Source: an uncultured Candidatus Saccharibacteria bacterium (GTDB lineage Bacteria; Patescibacteriota; Minisyncoccia; Phycocordibacterales; Zambryskibacteraceae). Taken from it: a stretch of 64,000 nucleotides of DNA. The translations under genes were made by a program, and so were the position numbers. Positions 45,353 to 54,196 of the stretch are shown here, piece after piece. The notes below the pieces were generated by a model. That model worked only from the letters and a program-made list of their open reading frames with translations. It had not been told where the DNA came from and did no database searches. The stretch covers positions 75,666 through 139,665 of the forward strand of contig CAZSOL010000001.1 of assembly GCA_964608585.1 (NCBI GenBank). Reading direction: 5' to 3'. Positions within the stretch are counted from its first letter, which is position 1. Every line of letters starts with the position of its first letter.

Positions 45353-48037
45353 ATGAAGGAGTACGACCCAAAGGATATAGAAACCAAGTGGCAGGCGGAG
45401 TGGGAGAAGAGTGGAATATACAAAGCCAAAGGAAAGGGGGAGAAGTATTACTCTCTTATTGAGTTCCCGTACCCTTCTGGAGACGGGCTTCATGTAGGTC
45501 ACCCAAGGCCTTATATAGGTATGGATGTTGTCTCTAGGAAGAGGCGTATGGAGGGTTACGACGTGCTTTACCCCATAGGTTGGGACGCCTTTGGTCTTCC
45601 TACGGAGAACTATGCCCTAAAGACTGGCAAAGACCCAAGACAAGTTACTAAAGAGAATTCGGAGAACTTCAAAAGACAGATAAAGTCTCTAGGCATATCT
45701 TTTGACTGGTCTCGTGAGGTGAACACCACTGACCCCAAGTACTACAAGTGGACGCAGTGGCTCTTCCTTAAGTTTTTGGAGGAGGGCTTGGCTTATAAAG
45801 CCAAGATGCCTATCAATTGGTGCCCAAAGGACAAGATTGGTCTTGCTAATGAGGAGGTGGTGGATGGTAAGTGCGAGAGGTGTGGTACAGAGGTAGAGCT
45901 AAGAGAGCGTGAGCAGTGGATGCTCAAGATTACTGCGTACGCAGAGCGACTCCTTAAAGACTTGGACGAGGTAGACTACCCCGAGCGAGTGAAGGCTCAA
46001 CAGAGGAATTGGATAGGCAAGAGCGAGGGCGCGCTTATAAAGTTCGACGATATCGAAGTATTCACAACTCGACCCGACACCATATACGGAGCAACCTTTA
46101 TTGTTGTGTCTGGCAAAGAGGATAGATTTACTGGTAGGTATGTGACGAACCCCGCCACGAAGGAGAAGATTCCCGTCTGGGAAGCAGAGTACGTACTCTC
46201 TGACTATGGCACCGGAGCTATTATGGCTGTACCTGCGCACGATGAGAGAGACTTTGAGTTTGCTAAGAAGCACGATTTGCCTATAAAGGAAGTGGTTATC
46301 GAGAGGATGATAGATAAAAGTAATCCTCACGTAGAAGGAAAGAAAATAATTTTTAGAGACGCAATTATTGCAGCAGTTAGGAATCCTAAGGACGGCAAAT
46401 ACATTTGCTTGAAGTGGAAGAAGCAACCATGGACCACCTTTGTCATGGGAGGTATTGAGGGAGAAGAGGATCCTGTTGTTGCAGCATTGAGGGAAGTCAA
46501 AGAAGAAACTGGATATAAAAATATAAAACATATACAAACTCTAAAGGATGCACAGTCTGAGTTTTTTGCTGCACATAAGGATGTAAATAGGGTAGCTCAC
46601 ACAAGAAACTTAATCTTTGAGCTAATAGACGAAGAGCGCGAGGAAATCTCGAACGAGGAAAAGGATACCCACGAGATAGTCTGGATGTCTGTTGATGAAA
46701 TTTTGGCTACCAAGATGACCCACAGTGAGATGCCGATATTTGTGGATTGGTTTAACGGGACAAGTAACCCCTTTGTAGGTATTGGTGTGTTAATAAATTC
46801 TGGTAAGTTTGATGGCTTAGAGTCGGAAGATGCTAAGAAGAAGATTACTAAGGCGGTTAAAGGCGAGTGGGTTACAAAGTTTAAGCTTAGAGACTGGGTC
46901 TTTAGCCGTCAGAGATATTGGGGAGAGCCTATACCAGTCATCCTTTGTAAGAAGTGCGGGATAGTGCCAGTACCAGAGAGTGACCTACCTGTAGAGCTTC
47001 CAGTTGTGGAGAAGTACGAGCCGACAGAAACAGGCGACTCCCCACTAGCCAAGATTGAGAGTTGGGTCAATGTGAGATGTCCACTTTGTGGTGATAAGGC
47101 CAAGAGAGAGACAGACGTAATGCCCAACTGGGCTGGCTCCTCTTGGTACTTCATGCGCTATACAGACCCAGAGAACGATAAGGAATTCGCTTCCAAGAAG
47201 GCCTTGAAGCACTGGATGCCAGTAGACTGGTATAACGGTGGCATGGAGCACACGACTTTGCACCTCTTGTACTCAAGATTTTGGAACAAGTTCCTCTTTG
47301 ATTTGAAATTAGTGCCTACAAGCGAGCCATACAAGAAGCGCACCTCACATGGACTCATCTTGGCAGAGGGAGGAGAGAAGATGAGTAAGTCCAAAGGCAA
47401 TGTGGTGAACCCAGACGATATTGTAGATCGTTTCGGTGCGGATACCTTACGACTCTACGAGATGTTTATGGGCCCATTTGAGCAGGCTATAGCTTGGAGT
47501 GAGTCTAGTCTTGTCGGACCAAGGCGTTTTATAGAGAGGGTGTGGAAGTTGAGAGGCAAGGTTGGTGAGGTAGAACCAAGCAACTTTCTAATGCACTCCA
47601 CAATCAAGAAGGTATCAGAAGACATAGAGAGCATGGGCTTCAACACAGCCGTATCTGCCATGATGGTTTGGGCTAATGAGTTAGATAAGAGGGAGGTTGT
47701 CTCTAGTGTTGAATATGAGACCTTACTCAAGCTTCTCTCTCCTTTTGCTCCACATGTGACAGAAGAGCTTTGGGCTAACCTTGGTCACAAAGAGTCTATC
47801 CATGAGAGTGAGTGGCCAAAGTGGGAAGAGAAGTATTTGGTCCAAGACGAGGTAACTATAGCTGTACAGATAAACGGGAAGGTGAGAGGGAAACTTGTAG
47901 TTTCTAGGAATACAGAAGAAGCAGAAGTAGAGAAGTTGGCTAAGCAACTACCAAATATTCTTAAGTGGATAGAGGGTAAAGATGTGAAGAAAGTGATAGT
48001 CGTCCCTCAAAAAATAGTAAATATTGTTATCGCTTGA
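45353..48037 (+). CDS. leuS: Leucyl-tRNA synthetase with an embedded Nudix hydrolase domain and a drastically shortened CP1 editing region
   Basis: HVGH (HIGH-type) and KMSKS; LeuRS blocks WCPKDKIGLANEEV, TTRPDT, GTGAIMAVPAHDERDFEFA, RDWVFSRQRYWGEPIP; Nudix box GGIEGEEDPVVAALREVKEETGY at about aa 366-388. Confidence 0.9.
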   Translation: MKEYDPKDIETKWQAEWEKSGIYKAKGKGEKYYSLIEFPYPSGDGLHVGHPRPYIGMDVVSRKRRMEGYDVLYPIGWDAFGLPTENYALKTGKDPRQVTKENSENFKRQIKSLGISFDWSREVNTTDPKYYKWTQWLFLKFLEEGLAYKAKMPINWCPKDKIGLANEEVVDGKCERCGTEVELREREQWMLKITAYAERLLKDLDEVDYPERVKAQQRNWIGKSEGALIKFDDIEVFTTRPDTIYGATFIVVSGKEDRFTGRYVTNPATKEKIPVWEAEYVLSDYGTGAIMAVPAHDERDFEFAKKHDLPIKEVVIERMIDKSNPHVEGKKIIFRDAIIAAVRNPKDGKYICLKWKKQPWTTFVMGGIEGEEDPVVAALREVKEETGYKNIKHIQTLKDAQSEFFAAHKDVNRVAHTRNLIFELIDEEREEISNEEKDTHEIVWMSVDEILATKMTHSEMPIFVDWFNGTSNPFVGIGVLINSGKFDGLESEDAKKKITKAVKGEWVTKFKLRDWVFSRQRYWGEPIPVILCKKCGIVPVPESDLPVELPVVEKYEPTETGDSPLAKIESWVNVRCPLCGDKAKRETDVMPNWAGSSWYFMRYTDPENDKEFASKKALKHWMPVDWYNGGMEHTTLHLLYSRFWNKFLFDLKLVPTSEPYKKRTSHGLILAEGGEKMSKSKGNVVNPDDIVDRFGADTLRLYEMFMGPFEQAIAWSESSLVGPRRFIERVWKLRGKVGEVEPSNFLMHSTIKKVSEDIESMGFNTAVSAMMVWANELDKREVVSSVEYETLLKLLSPFAPHVTEELWANLGHKESIHESEWPKWEEKYLVQDEVTIAVQINGKVRGKLVVSRNTEEAEVEKLAKQLPNILKWIEGKDVKKVIVVPQKIVNIVIA

Positions 48038-48077
48038 CACCTTGTCAAGCGGGTGATAGAAATAGGAGAAGCTAATT

Positions 48078-49115
48078 ATGAGCGAAAAGATTACACTTAC
48101 GTTCAAACCTAAGGCCGTCACGAAACGCCTCCTTTCTGTTCTAACAAAAAGAGGTGCCGATGTTATAGAGAACCGCTATGGTCTTGGTGCAAAGGCTACC
48201 AGGATGACACTAGATGCCATCGGTAAGAAGTACGATATTACTCGTGAGAGAGTCCGTCAGATTGAGAACCACTCTCTAGCTCTCATCAGGAAGTCTAAGG
48301 AGTATAAGCAAGAGCAAGATGTCTTTGATGAGCTAAAGGCTTTGGTACTTGAGCTTGGTGGTATTGTCGCTGAGAAGGATCTCTTGAAGCACATCGCTAA
48401 GGATGTTCCAACCCAAAACCAAATACATTTCCTCTTAACTATTGGTGAAGCTTTCACGCGAGAGAAGGAAGACGAAGACTTCAAGCACCGCTGGCATGTA
48501 GATGGAGAGTTGGCCAAGAAGATCCACAACTCTCTTAGGAAGCTTTACTCCAAACTTTCTGATGATGAGCTTGTACTAGAAGCTGATCTTATAGACGACT
48601 TCTTGGAAGAGATCAAGGACATGAACGACAAGTACAAGAACGAGGAGGTTATAAAGCGCTGGTTATCTATCTCAAACAAGATTGATAAGAACCCACTAGG
48701 TGAGTGGGGCAGGAGCACCTCTCCAAACGTGAACGCCAAGGGTATGCGAGATTACGCCTTCTTGGTTATAAGGAAGCACGGCTCTCCTATCCACTTCAAG
48801 GAGGTGGCTAAGGCTATATCTCAGTATTTTGATAAGAAGGCTCATGTCGCTACAACTCACAACGAACTTATAAAGGATCCACGCTTTGTGCTTGTAGGAC
48901 GTGGTCTATATGCTCTTGCAGAGTGGGGTTATATGTCTGGTGTAGTCAAAGACGTTATAAAGAAAATCATTGAGAAGAATGGACCTCTCACTAAGGACGA
49001 GATTATTAAGAAGGTGTTGAAGGAGCGTTATGTAAAGGAGAACACCATTATGGTTAATCTCCAGAACCCAAAGTATTTCAAGAAAGACAAGGAAGGTCGT
49101 TACAGCATTGCCTAA
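48078..49115 (+). CDS. Sigma-70 region-4-like HTH fused to a C-terminal HARE-HTH domain (transcription-associated protein)
   Basis: N-terminus LDAIGKKYDITRERVRQIENHSL (sigma region-4-like); C-terminus PIHFKEVAKAI...RFVLVGRGLYALAEWGY (HARE-HTH signature). Confidence 0.65.
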   Translation: MSEKITLTFKPKAVTKRLLSVLTKRGADVIENRYGLGAKATRMTLDAIGKKYDITRERVRQIENHSLALIRKSKEYKQEQDVFDELKALVLELGGIVAEKDLLKHIAKDVPTQNQIHFLLTIGEAFTREKEDEDFKHRWHVDGELAKKIHNSLRKLYSKLSDDELVLEADLIDDFLEEIKDMNDKYKNEEVIKRWLSISNKIDKNPLGEWGRSTSPNVNAKGMRDYAFLVIRKHGSPIHFKEVAKAISQYFDKKAHVATTHNELIKDPRFVLVGRGLYALAEWGYMSGVVKDVIKKIIEKNGPLTKDEIIKKVLKERYVKENTIMVNLQNPKYFKKDKEGRYSIA

Positions 49116-49135
49116 TCTTTTGGTAGAATAAAAGA

Positions 49136-50377
49136 ATGCTATTTGAAGTGTTCTCCCCTTTGTTCAATCAAACTTTTTTTTGGGAGTTTATTGATATTGC
49201 TAAGGTCAGTGCACCGGTATGGATCCCTGTATTGCTGGGAGCTGTTTTCTTCGAAGTTTGGATTAGTTTGAAGCAAAGAGAGTGGGTCGCCTCACAAGGA
49301 AGCGTACTCCTTGAGATAAAGTTGCCCAGAGAGCAGATGAAGTCTCCTGTGGCGATGGAGATGTTCTTAAACCACTTAAACCAAGGTGGGGTGGGAACAC
49401 TTCTTGATGTGTATCTTAAGGGTAGAGTGAGGACGTGGTTCTCACTTGAGCTTGTCAGTATTGGTGGAGCAGTCAAGTTTTATATATGGATGCACAAATC
49501 CCATCGTACAAGAGTAGAGGCCCAACTATATGCTCAGTTCCCCAATATTGAGATCCACGAGGTTGAGGATTATGCTATGAAGGTTGACCACAACCCAGAG
49601 AAGTGGAAGTTTGGTAAGTTGCTCCAGTTTACTCTCACTAAGCCCGATGCTTATCCGATAAAGACTTATGTTGATTATGGTTTGGACAAGGATCCGAAGG
49701 AGGAGTATAAAAACGATCCAATAGTTTCTGTTATAGAGTATCTTGGCTCTCTCAAGGCTGGTGAGCAGGCTTGGATACAAATACTTGTAAGATCACACGC
49801 TAAGGAAGGACTTAAGCTTGGTAGGATATTCGTCAAACCAGACTGGAAGAAGGCTGTTGAGAGTGAGGTCAAGAAGATTCTTAAGGAAGCTCGCTTTAAG
49901 GTAGATGAGGAGAAGGCTCCTAGTGGTCAACACATGTCGGAGGGCCAGAAGGATGTAGTAAGGGCTATAGAGCGGACTACAGGCAAGATTGCTTTTGACA
50001 CAATGATTAGAGCTTTCTACTTTGCAGAGAAGGATAGTTTTAACGGAGCAAGTATCGGAGGTCTTATCGGCACAATGACCCAGTATAATTCGGCATCTTT
50101 GAACGGTTTCAGGCCAGACTTTAGTGCTGATTATGACTATCCGTGGCAGGACCCCTTTGGCAAGAAGAGGTTAAGTAATGAGAGGAAGCTCCTAGAGGCA
50201 TACAAGAGGAGATCCTTCTTCGCTCCACCATTTAGAAACTTTAAGGGCAAACCTTTCATCCTTACAACAGAAGAGCTTGCTACAATCTTCCACTTCCCAG
50301 GAGAGGTGGCTGCTACACCTTCTCTCTCTCGCATACCTTCGAAGAAGGCCGAGGCCCCCTCAAACCTACCCATATAA
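49136..50377 (+). CDS. Membrane-anchored hypothetical protein (413 aa)
   Basis: N-terminal TM APVWIPVLLGAVFFEVWI; no recognised domain; conserved-looking C-terminal LTTEELATIFHFPGE. Confidence 0.4.
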   Translation: MLFEVFSPLFNQTFFWEFIDIAKVSAPVWIPVLLGAVFFEVWISLKQREWVASQGSVLLEIKLPREQMKSPVAMEMFLNHLNQGGVGTLLDVYLKGRVRTWFSLELVSIGGAVKFYIWMHKSHRTRVEAQLYAQFPNIEIHEVEDYAMKVDHNPEKWKFGKLLQFTLTKPDAYPIKTYVDYGLDKDPKEEYKNDPIVSVIEYLGSLKAGEQAWIQILVRSHAKEGLKLGRIFVKPDWKKAVESEVKKILKEARFKVDEEKAPSGQHMSEGQKDVVRAIERTTGKIAFDTMIRAFYFAEKDSFNGASIGGLIGTMTQYNSASLNGFRPDFSADYDYPWQDPFGKKRLSNERKLLEAYKRRSFFAPPFRNFKGKPFILTTEELATIFHFPGEVAATPSLSRIPSKKAEAPSNLPI

Positions 50378-51264
50378 TGCCACCGATAGAATTACCAAAA
50401 GACAAGAGGATATACGTGTTTGGGGGTCTTTTTTTCTTCCTATTTTTGTACGCCTTCGCCTTCTCATCTCCGAGGAACTTCCCAGTTGATACTATTATTA
50501 CTTTGGAGAAGGGGGCTGGGCTGACTCAATTAGCAAACAAGTTGGAAGATATGGGAGTGATACGTTCCAAACTTTGGTTTAGGACAGCAGTCATACTCTT
50601 TGAAAGTGAGAGAGGGATACAAGCAGGAGATTACTATCTGTCTAGAAGACAAAATGCCATCTCTCTAGCGTGGCGGATGACTCATGGTCGGCACGGCTTG
50701 GCGGAGATAAAGATCACTGTCCCAGAAGGTTTTACTAATCAAGAGATATCAGACCTCTTTGATGAGAGATTCTCTAATTTTGAAAGAGAGAGGTTCTTGG
50801 AGTTGTCTCAAGAGGGATATATGTTCCCTGATACATATTTCGTAAGAGTTAATGCTACGACCGAAGATGTAGTAGAACTCTTCAAGAGCAATTATGAGAA
50901 GAAGGTCTCTCCACTCAGAGAGAGGATGAGAGAGTTCGGAAAGACAGAAGAAGAGATTATCAAGATGGCTTCTATCATAGAAGGGGAGGTACAAACTTTT
51001 GAGGACAAGCAGACCATCTCTGGTATTCTCTGGAAGCGCCTATCTATTGGTATGGCCTTACAAGTAGATGCAGACCCAAAGACTTATGAAGAGCCGGGGT
51101 TACCAAAGCAACCTATCAACAATCCCGGGCTTCTCTCTATAGAGGCGGCTCTCACCCCCAAGAGCTCCCCGTACTTCTACTTCTTAAATGCGAAGTCGGA
51201 TGGTGCAACTTACTTTGCCGAAACCTTAGAGGAGCATATCTTAAATATCCAAAAACATCTCTAA
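50377..51264 (+). CDS. mltG: Endolytic murein transglycosylase MltG (YceG family)
   Basis: N-terminal TM; YceG-like segments IQAGDYYL, PEGFTNQEI, MASIIEGE, GLPKQPINNPG. Confidence 0.75.
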   Translation: MPPIELPKDKRIYVFGGLFFFLFLYAFAFSSPRNFPVDTIITLEKGAGLTQLANKLEDMGVIRSKLWFRTAVILFESERGIQAGDYYLSRRQNAISLAWRMTHGRHGLAEIKITVPEGFTNQEISDLFDERFSNFERERFLELSQEGYMFPDTYFVRVNATTEDVVELFKSNYEKKVSPLRERMREFGKTEEEIIKMASIIEGEVQTFEDKQTISGILWKRLSIGMALQVDADPKTYEEPGLPKQPINNPGLLSIEAALTPKSSPYFYFLNAKSDGATYFAETLEEHILNIQKHL

Positions 51265-51277
51265 CCTCAGCCCCCAA

Positions 51278-51312
51278 ACAAGGCGTTGCCTTGTCGCAAA
51301 CCTGTGGATAAC
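51278..51312 (+). repeat. Hairpin plus perfect DnaA-box (TGTGGATAA at 51303..51311) element, copy 2
   Basis: See 40817..40852; again placed directly after a plus-strand stop codon (mltG). Confidence 0.7.
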
Positions 51313-51336
51313 TTTTTATGATAGAGTCACTAGGCT

Positions 51337-52374
51337 ATGAATAAAGGGAAGAAGGTCTTTGTGGGGCTTTCAGGAGGAGTGGACTCGGCCGTGAGCGCTG
51401 CCCTGCTAAAAGAACAAGGCTACGACGTCACAGGGGTGTTTATCAAAGTCTGGCAACCAGACTTTTTGACCTGTACTTGGAGAGAGGAGAGGCGAGACGC
51501 TATGCGTGTAGCCTCCAAGCTAGAGATCCCCTTCCTCTTCTTTGACTTCTCTGAAGAGTATAAGAAGGGTGTAGCAGACTACATGATAGAAGAGTACAAG
51601 AACGGAAGAACTCCTAATCCAGATGTGATGTGTAATAGGGAGGTGAAGTTTGGCGCCTTCTGGAACAAGGCTAAGGAGATGGGAGCGGACTTCATCGCTA
51701 CAGGTCACTATGTCAGAAATGAAGATGGGAGGCTTATGGAAGGGGTAGATAGCAACAAAGATCAGAGTTACTTCCTCTATACTCTCACTCAAGAGGACTT
51801 AGAGCACATCCTCTTCCCTATAGGGCACTTGAAGAAGGATGAAGTTAGGAGGCTAGCTAAGAAGTTTGGTCTTTCTAATGCCGACAAGGCTGATAGTCAA
51901 GGCATCTGCTTCTTGGGTGATGTAGACTTAGAAACTTTCTTGTCTAACTTTATAAAAGTGGAGAGGGGAGACGTGCTTAGTGTAGATGGAGAGGTTATCG
52001 GTAAGCACAAGGGGGCACTCTACTACACTCTTGGAGAGCGACATGGTTTTGAAATATTTAAGAAAGGTGTTGTTTCTAAACCCTTCTATGTAGTGAGTAA
52101 GGATATGAAGGCAAACACCATCATTGTCTCAAACAAAGAGAAAGAGATAGAAGACTTCAAGAAAAAGGATATTGTTGTAACAAAAATAAACTGGATAAAC
52201 AAACTAAAATCTAATGATCTAGAAGCAAGAGTAAGATACAGACAAGAGAGGCTACAAATAAAATTAGAAAATAGCCGAGTCATCTTCAAAAATCCTCAAA
52301 CCGTCGCATCTGGCCAAGCTATCGTCTTTTATCATGCTGATGAATGTTTGGGGGGTGGTATAATTGAGAAATGA
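51337..52374 (+). CDS. mnmA: tRNA-specific 2-thiouridylase MnmA
   Basis: PP-loop VFVGLSGGVDSAV; CNREVKFGAF; C-terminal thiouridylase domain. Confidence 0.9.
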   Translation: MNKGKKVFVGLSGGVDSAVSAALLKEQGYDVTGVFIKVWQPDFLTCTWREERRDAMRVASKLEIPFLFFDFSEEYKKGVADYMIEEYKNGRTPNPDVMCNREVKFGAFWNKAKEMGADFIATGHYVRNEDGRLMEGVDSNKDQSYFLYTLTQEDLEHILFPIGHLKKDEVRRLAKKFGLSNADKADSQGICFLGDVDLETFLSNFIKVERGDVLSVDGEVIGKHKGALYYTLGERHGFEIFKKGVVSKPFYVVSKDMKANTIIVSNKEKEIEDFKKKDIVVTKINWINKLKSNDLEARVRYRQERLQIKLENSRVIFKNPQTVASGQAIVFYHADECLGGGIIEK

Positions 52375-53066
52375 ATATAGTAAAAGCCGATGGAACTGTA
52401 GCCATCTTTGACCCCTCTAAGCTTCGGGCATCGCTTCTTAGAGCTAAGGCGAGCGAGGAGGCAACAGAGAAGGTGATGAGTCAGATCATGCCTGAAATTC
52501 GTGAGGGGATGACAACAAAAGAGATATATAACCACGCCTTTAGGTATCTAGTAGAGCACCAAAAACCGGTAGCTCAGAGGTATTCTGTGAGACGTGCTCT
52601 TCTTGATATGGGGCCAACAGGCTTCCCCTTTGAGGACTTTGTAGCAGAAACTCTAAAGGTGAGAGGATACGAAACTCTAACAAGACAAAATGTACTTGGT
52701 GGGTGCGTTCAACATGAGGTAGATGTCGTGGCTTGGAACAAGGACGAACTCATAATGGTTGAGGCTAAGTTCCACAACGGACTTGGAGTTAAGTCGGATC
52801 TCAAGGTGGCCTTGTATGTCAAAGCAAGGATGGACGACATTAAGGAGAACGTCTTTGACTATGGAGGAGAGAACAGGAAGGTTACGGATGGATGGCTCGT
52901 GACCAACACCAAGTTCTCCTCTACTGCTCTACACTATGGACTTTGCCAAAAGTTAACCATGATAGGATGGAATTATCCGGAGAAGGGGAATCTCCAAGAC
53001 ATGATAGAGGAGAACCCCGAACTTCTAGACTTAATCTTTAAAAAACATATAGAGCAAAACTTATGA
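52371..53066 (+). CDS. ATP-cone domain fused to an Mrr-like PD-(D/E)xK restriction-endonuclease-type domain
   Basis: ATP-cone MNIVKADGTVAIFDPSKLRASLLRA; nuclease core FEDFVAETLKVRGYE...VDVVAW...IMVEAKFH; 4-nt overlap with the mnmA stop. Confidence 0.6.
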   Translation: MNIVKADGTVAIFDPSKLRASLLRAKASEEATEKVMSQIMPEIREGMTTKEIYNHAFRYLVEHQKPVAQRYSVRRALLDMGPTGFPFEDFVAETLKVRGYETLTRQNVLGGCVQHEVDVVAWNKDELIMVEAKFHNGLGVKSDLKVALYVKARMDDIKENVFDYGGENRKVTDGWLVTNTKFSSTALHYGLCQKLTMIGWNYPEKGNLQDMIEENPELLDLIFKKHIEQNL

Positions 53067-53503
53067 TGACTTATATAGAACCTTATTACATAAACCTTAT
53101 CATCGCCCTTGCTCTTGGAGTGATCATCGGGCTTGAGCGCACCATTGCTCACAAGACAGCGGGCATGCGCACATATGGGCTTGTCTCTATGGGCTCTTGT
53201 CTCTTCATTATCCTCTCTCAAATAGCTGTAGCTAACAGTGGTTTGTATGACTTTGACCCCATGCGTACAGCAGCGGGCGTCATTATGGGTATAGGCTTCC
53301 TCTGTGGAGGGGTTATCATCTTCCAGAACCATGAGCTTACAGGACTCACCACAGCGGCAGGTCTCTGGGTCTCAGCTGGTATTGGTATGGCGGTAGGCTT
53401 TGGACAAGTCGGCCTTGCAACCTTCGCCACTATAGCCACTCTACTCGTCTTCACTCTCCTCTGGACAGTGGAACATCTTATAATCAAGAGGAAAGAGAGA
53501 TGA
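53063..53503 (+). CDS. mgtC: MgtC/SapB-family membrane protein
   Basis: GLERTIAHKTAGMRTYGLVSMGSCLF and four TM helices typical of the MgtC N-domain. Confidence 0.7.
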   Translation: MMTYIEPYYINLIIALALGVIIGLERTIAHKTAGMRTYGLVSMGSCLFIILSQIAVANSGLYDFDPMRTAAGVIMGIGFLCGGVIIFQNHELTGLTTAAGLWVSAGIGMAVGFGQVGLATFATIATLLVFTLLWTVEHLIIKRKER

Positions 53504-54195
53504 CTAAACTATTTTTTGATATAGAGACGCTTCCGGCTGACAAGGACTCGTTACCTAAGCTTAAGTATCTTTATGACAAAAAAGTATCAAAGTTAGATCC
53601 AGATTCCGAAAAAGTAATAGAATCTTTTGAGAAATTTGTAGAGAAGACATCCTTTGATGGAGCCTTCGGCCGTGTGTGCTGTATTGCTTATGCGATAAAC
53701 GATAAGCCAGCAGAGTGTCTCTCTGGAGACGAGAAGGAGATAGTACAGAAGTTTTGGCAGATTGCGGGTAAGGCCGATCTTATAATCGGTCACAACATTA
53801 GAGACTTTGACCTACCCTTCGTTATGCAGAGATCTGCTATCTTGGGAGTCAAGCCAACTTGGAACAAGTTTGAGGAACCCGGTAAGAAACCTTGGGATAT
53901 GGTCAAGTTCCTCTCCTTTGCTAGATACAAGAACGCACCAATCTTTGACACTATGCACGAGTGGAGCAATTGGGGCGATACTAGAAACAACAAAAGCTTA
54001 GAGCATCTGGCTTTAGCGATGGGGATACCAACGCCTAAGGAGGGTATAGACGGCTCACAGGTGGCCAAGTTTTTTGAAGAGGGAAAGATCAAAGAAATTT
54101 GCGACTATTGCATGAGAGATGTAGAGACCACAAGAGATGTCTATAAGAGGATGACTTTTGAGGGCTTGCCGGAGACCGAATCAGAACCATTTTAA
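53500..54195 (+). CDS. DEDD-type 3'-5' exonuclease, PolB-exonuclease-like (paralogue of 12459..13034)
   Basis: LFFDIETLP, IGHNIRDFDLPFV, YCMRDVETTRDVY. Confidence 0.7.
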   Translation: MTKLFFDIETLPADKDSLPKLKYLYDKKVSKLDPDSEKVIESFEKFVEKTSFDGAFGRVCCIAYAINDKPAECLSGDEKEIVQKFWQIAGKADLIIGHNIRDFDLPFVMQRSAILGVKPTWNKFEEPGKKPWDMVKFLSFARYKNAPIFDTMHEWSNWGDTRNNKSLEHLALAMGIPTPKEGIDGSQVAKFFEEGKIKEICDYCMRDVETTRDVYKRMTFEGLPETESEPF

Positions 54196-54196
54196 T

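Noticed and set aside
48030-48060. Palindrome gcttgaca-cct-tgtcaagc at the leuS stop, considered as a regulatory operator
   Set aside because: It is most simply a stem-loop terminator/attenuator overlapping the stop codon. TTGACA on both strands is probably incidental.
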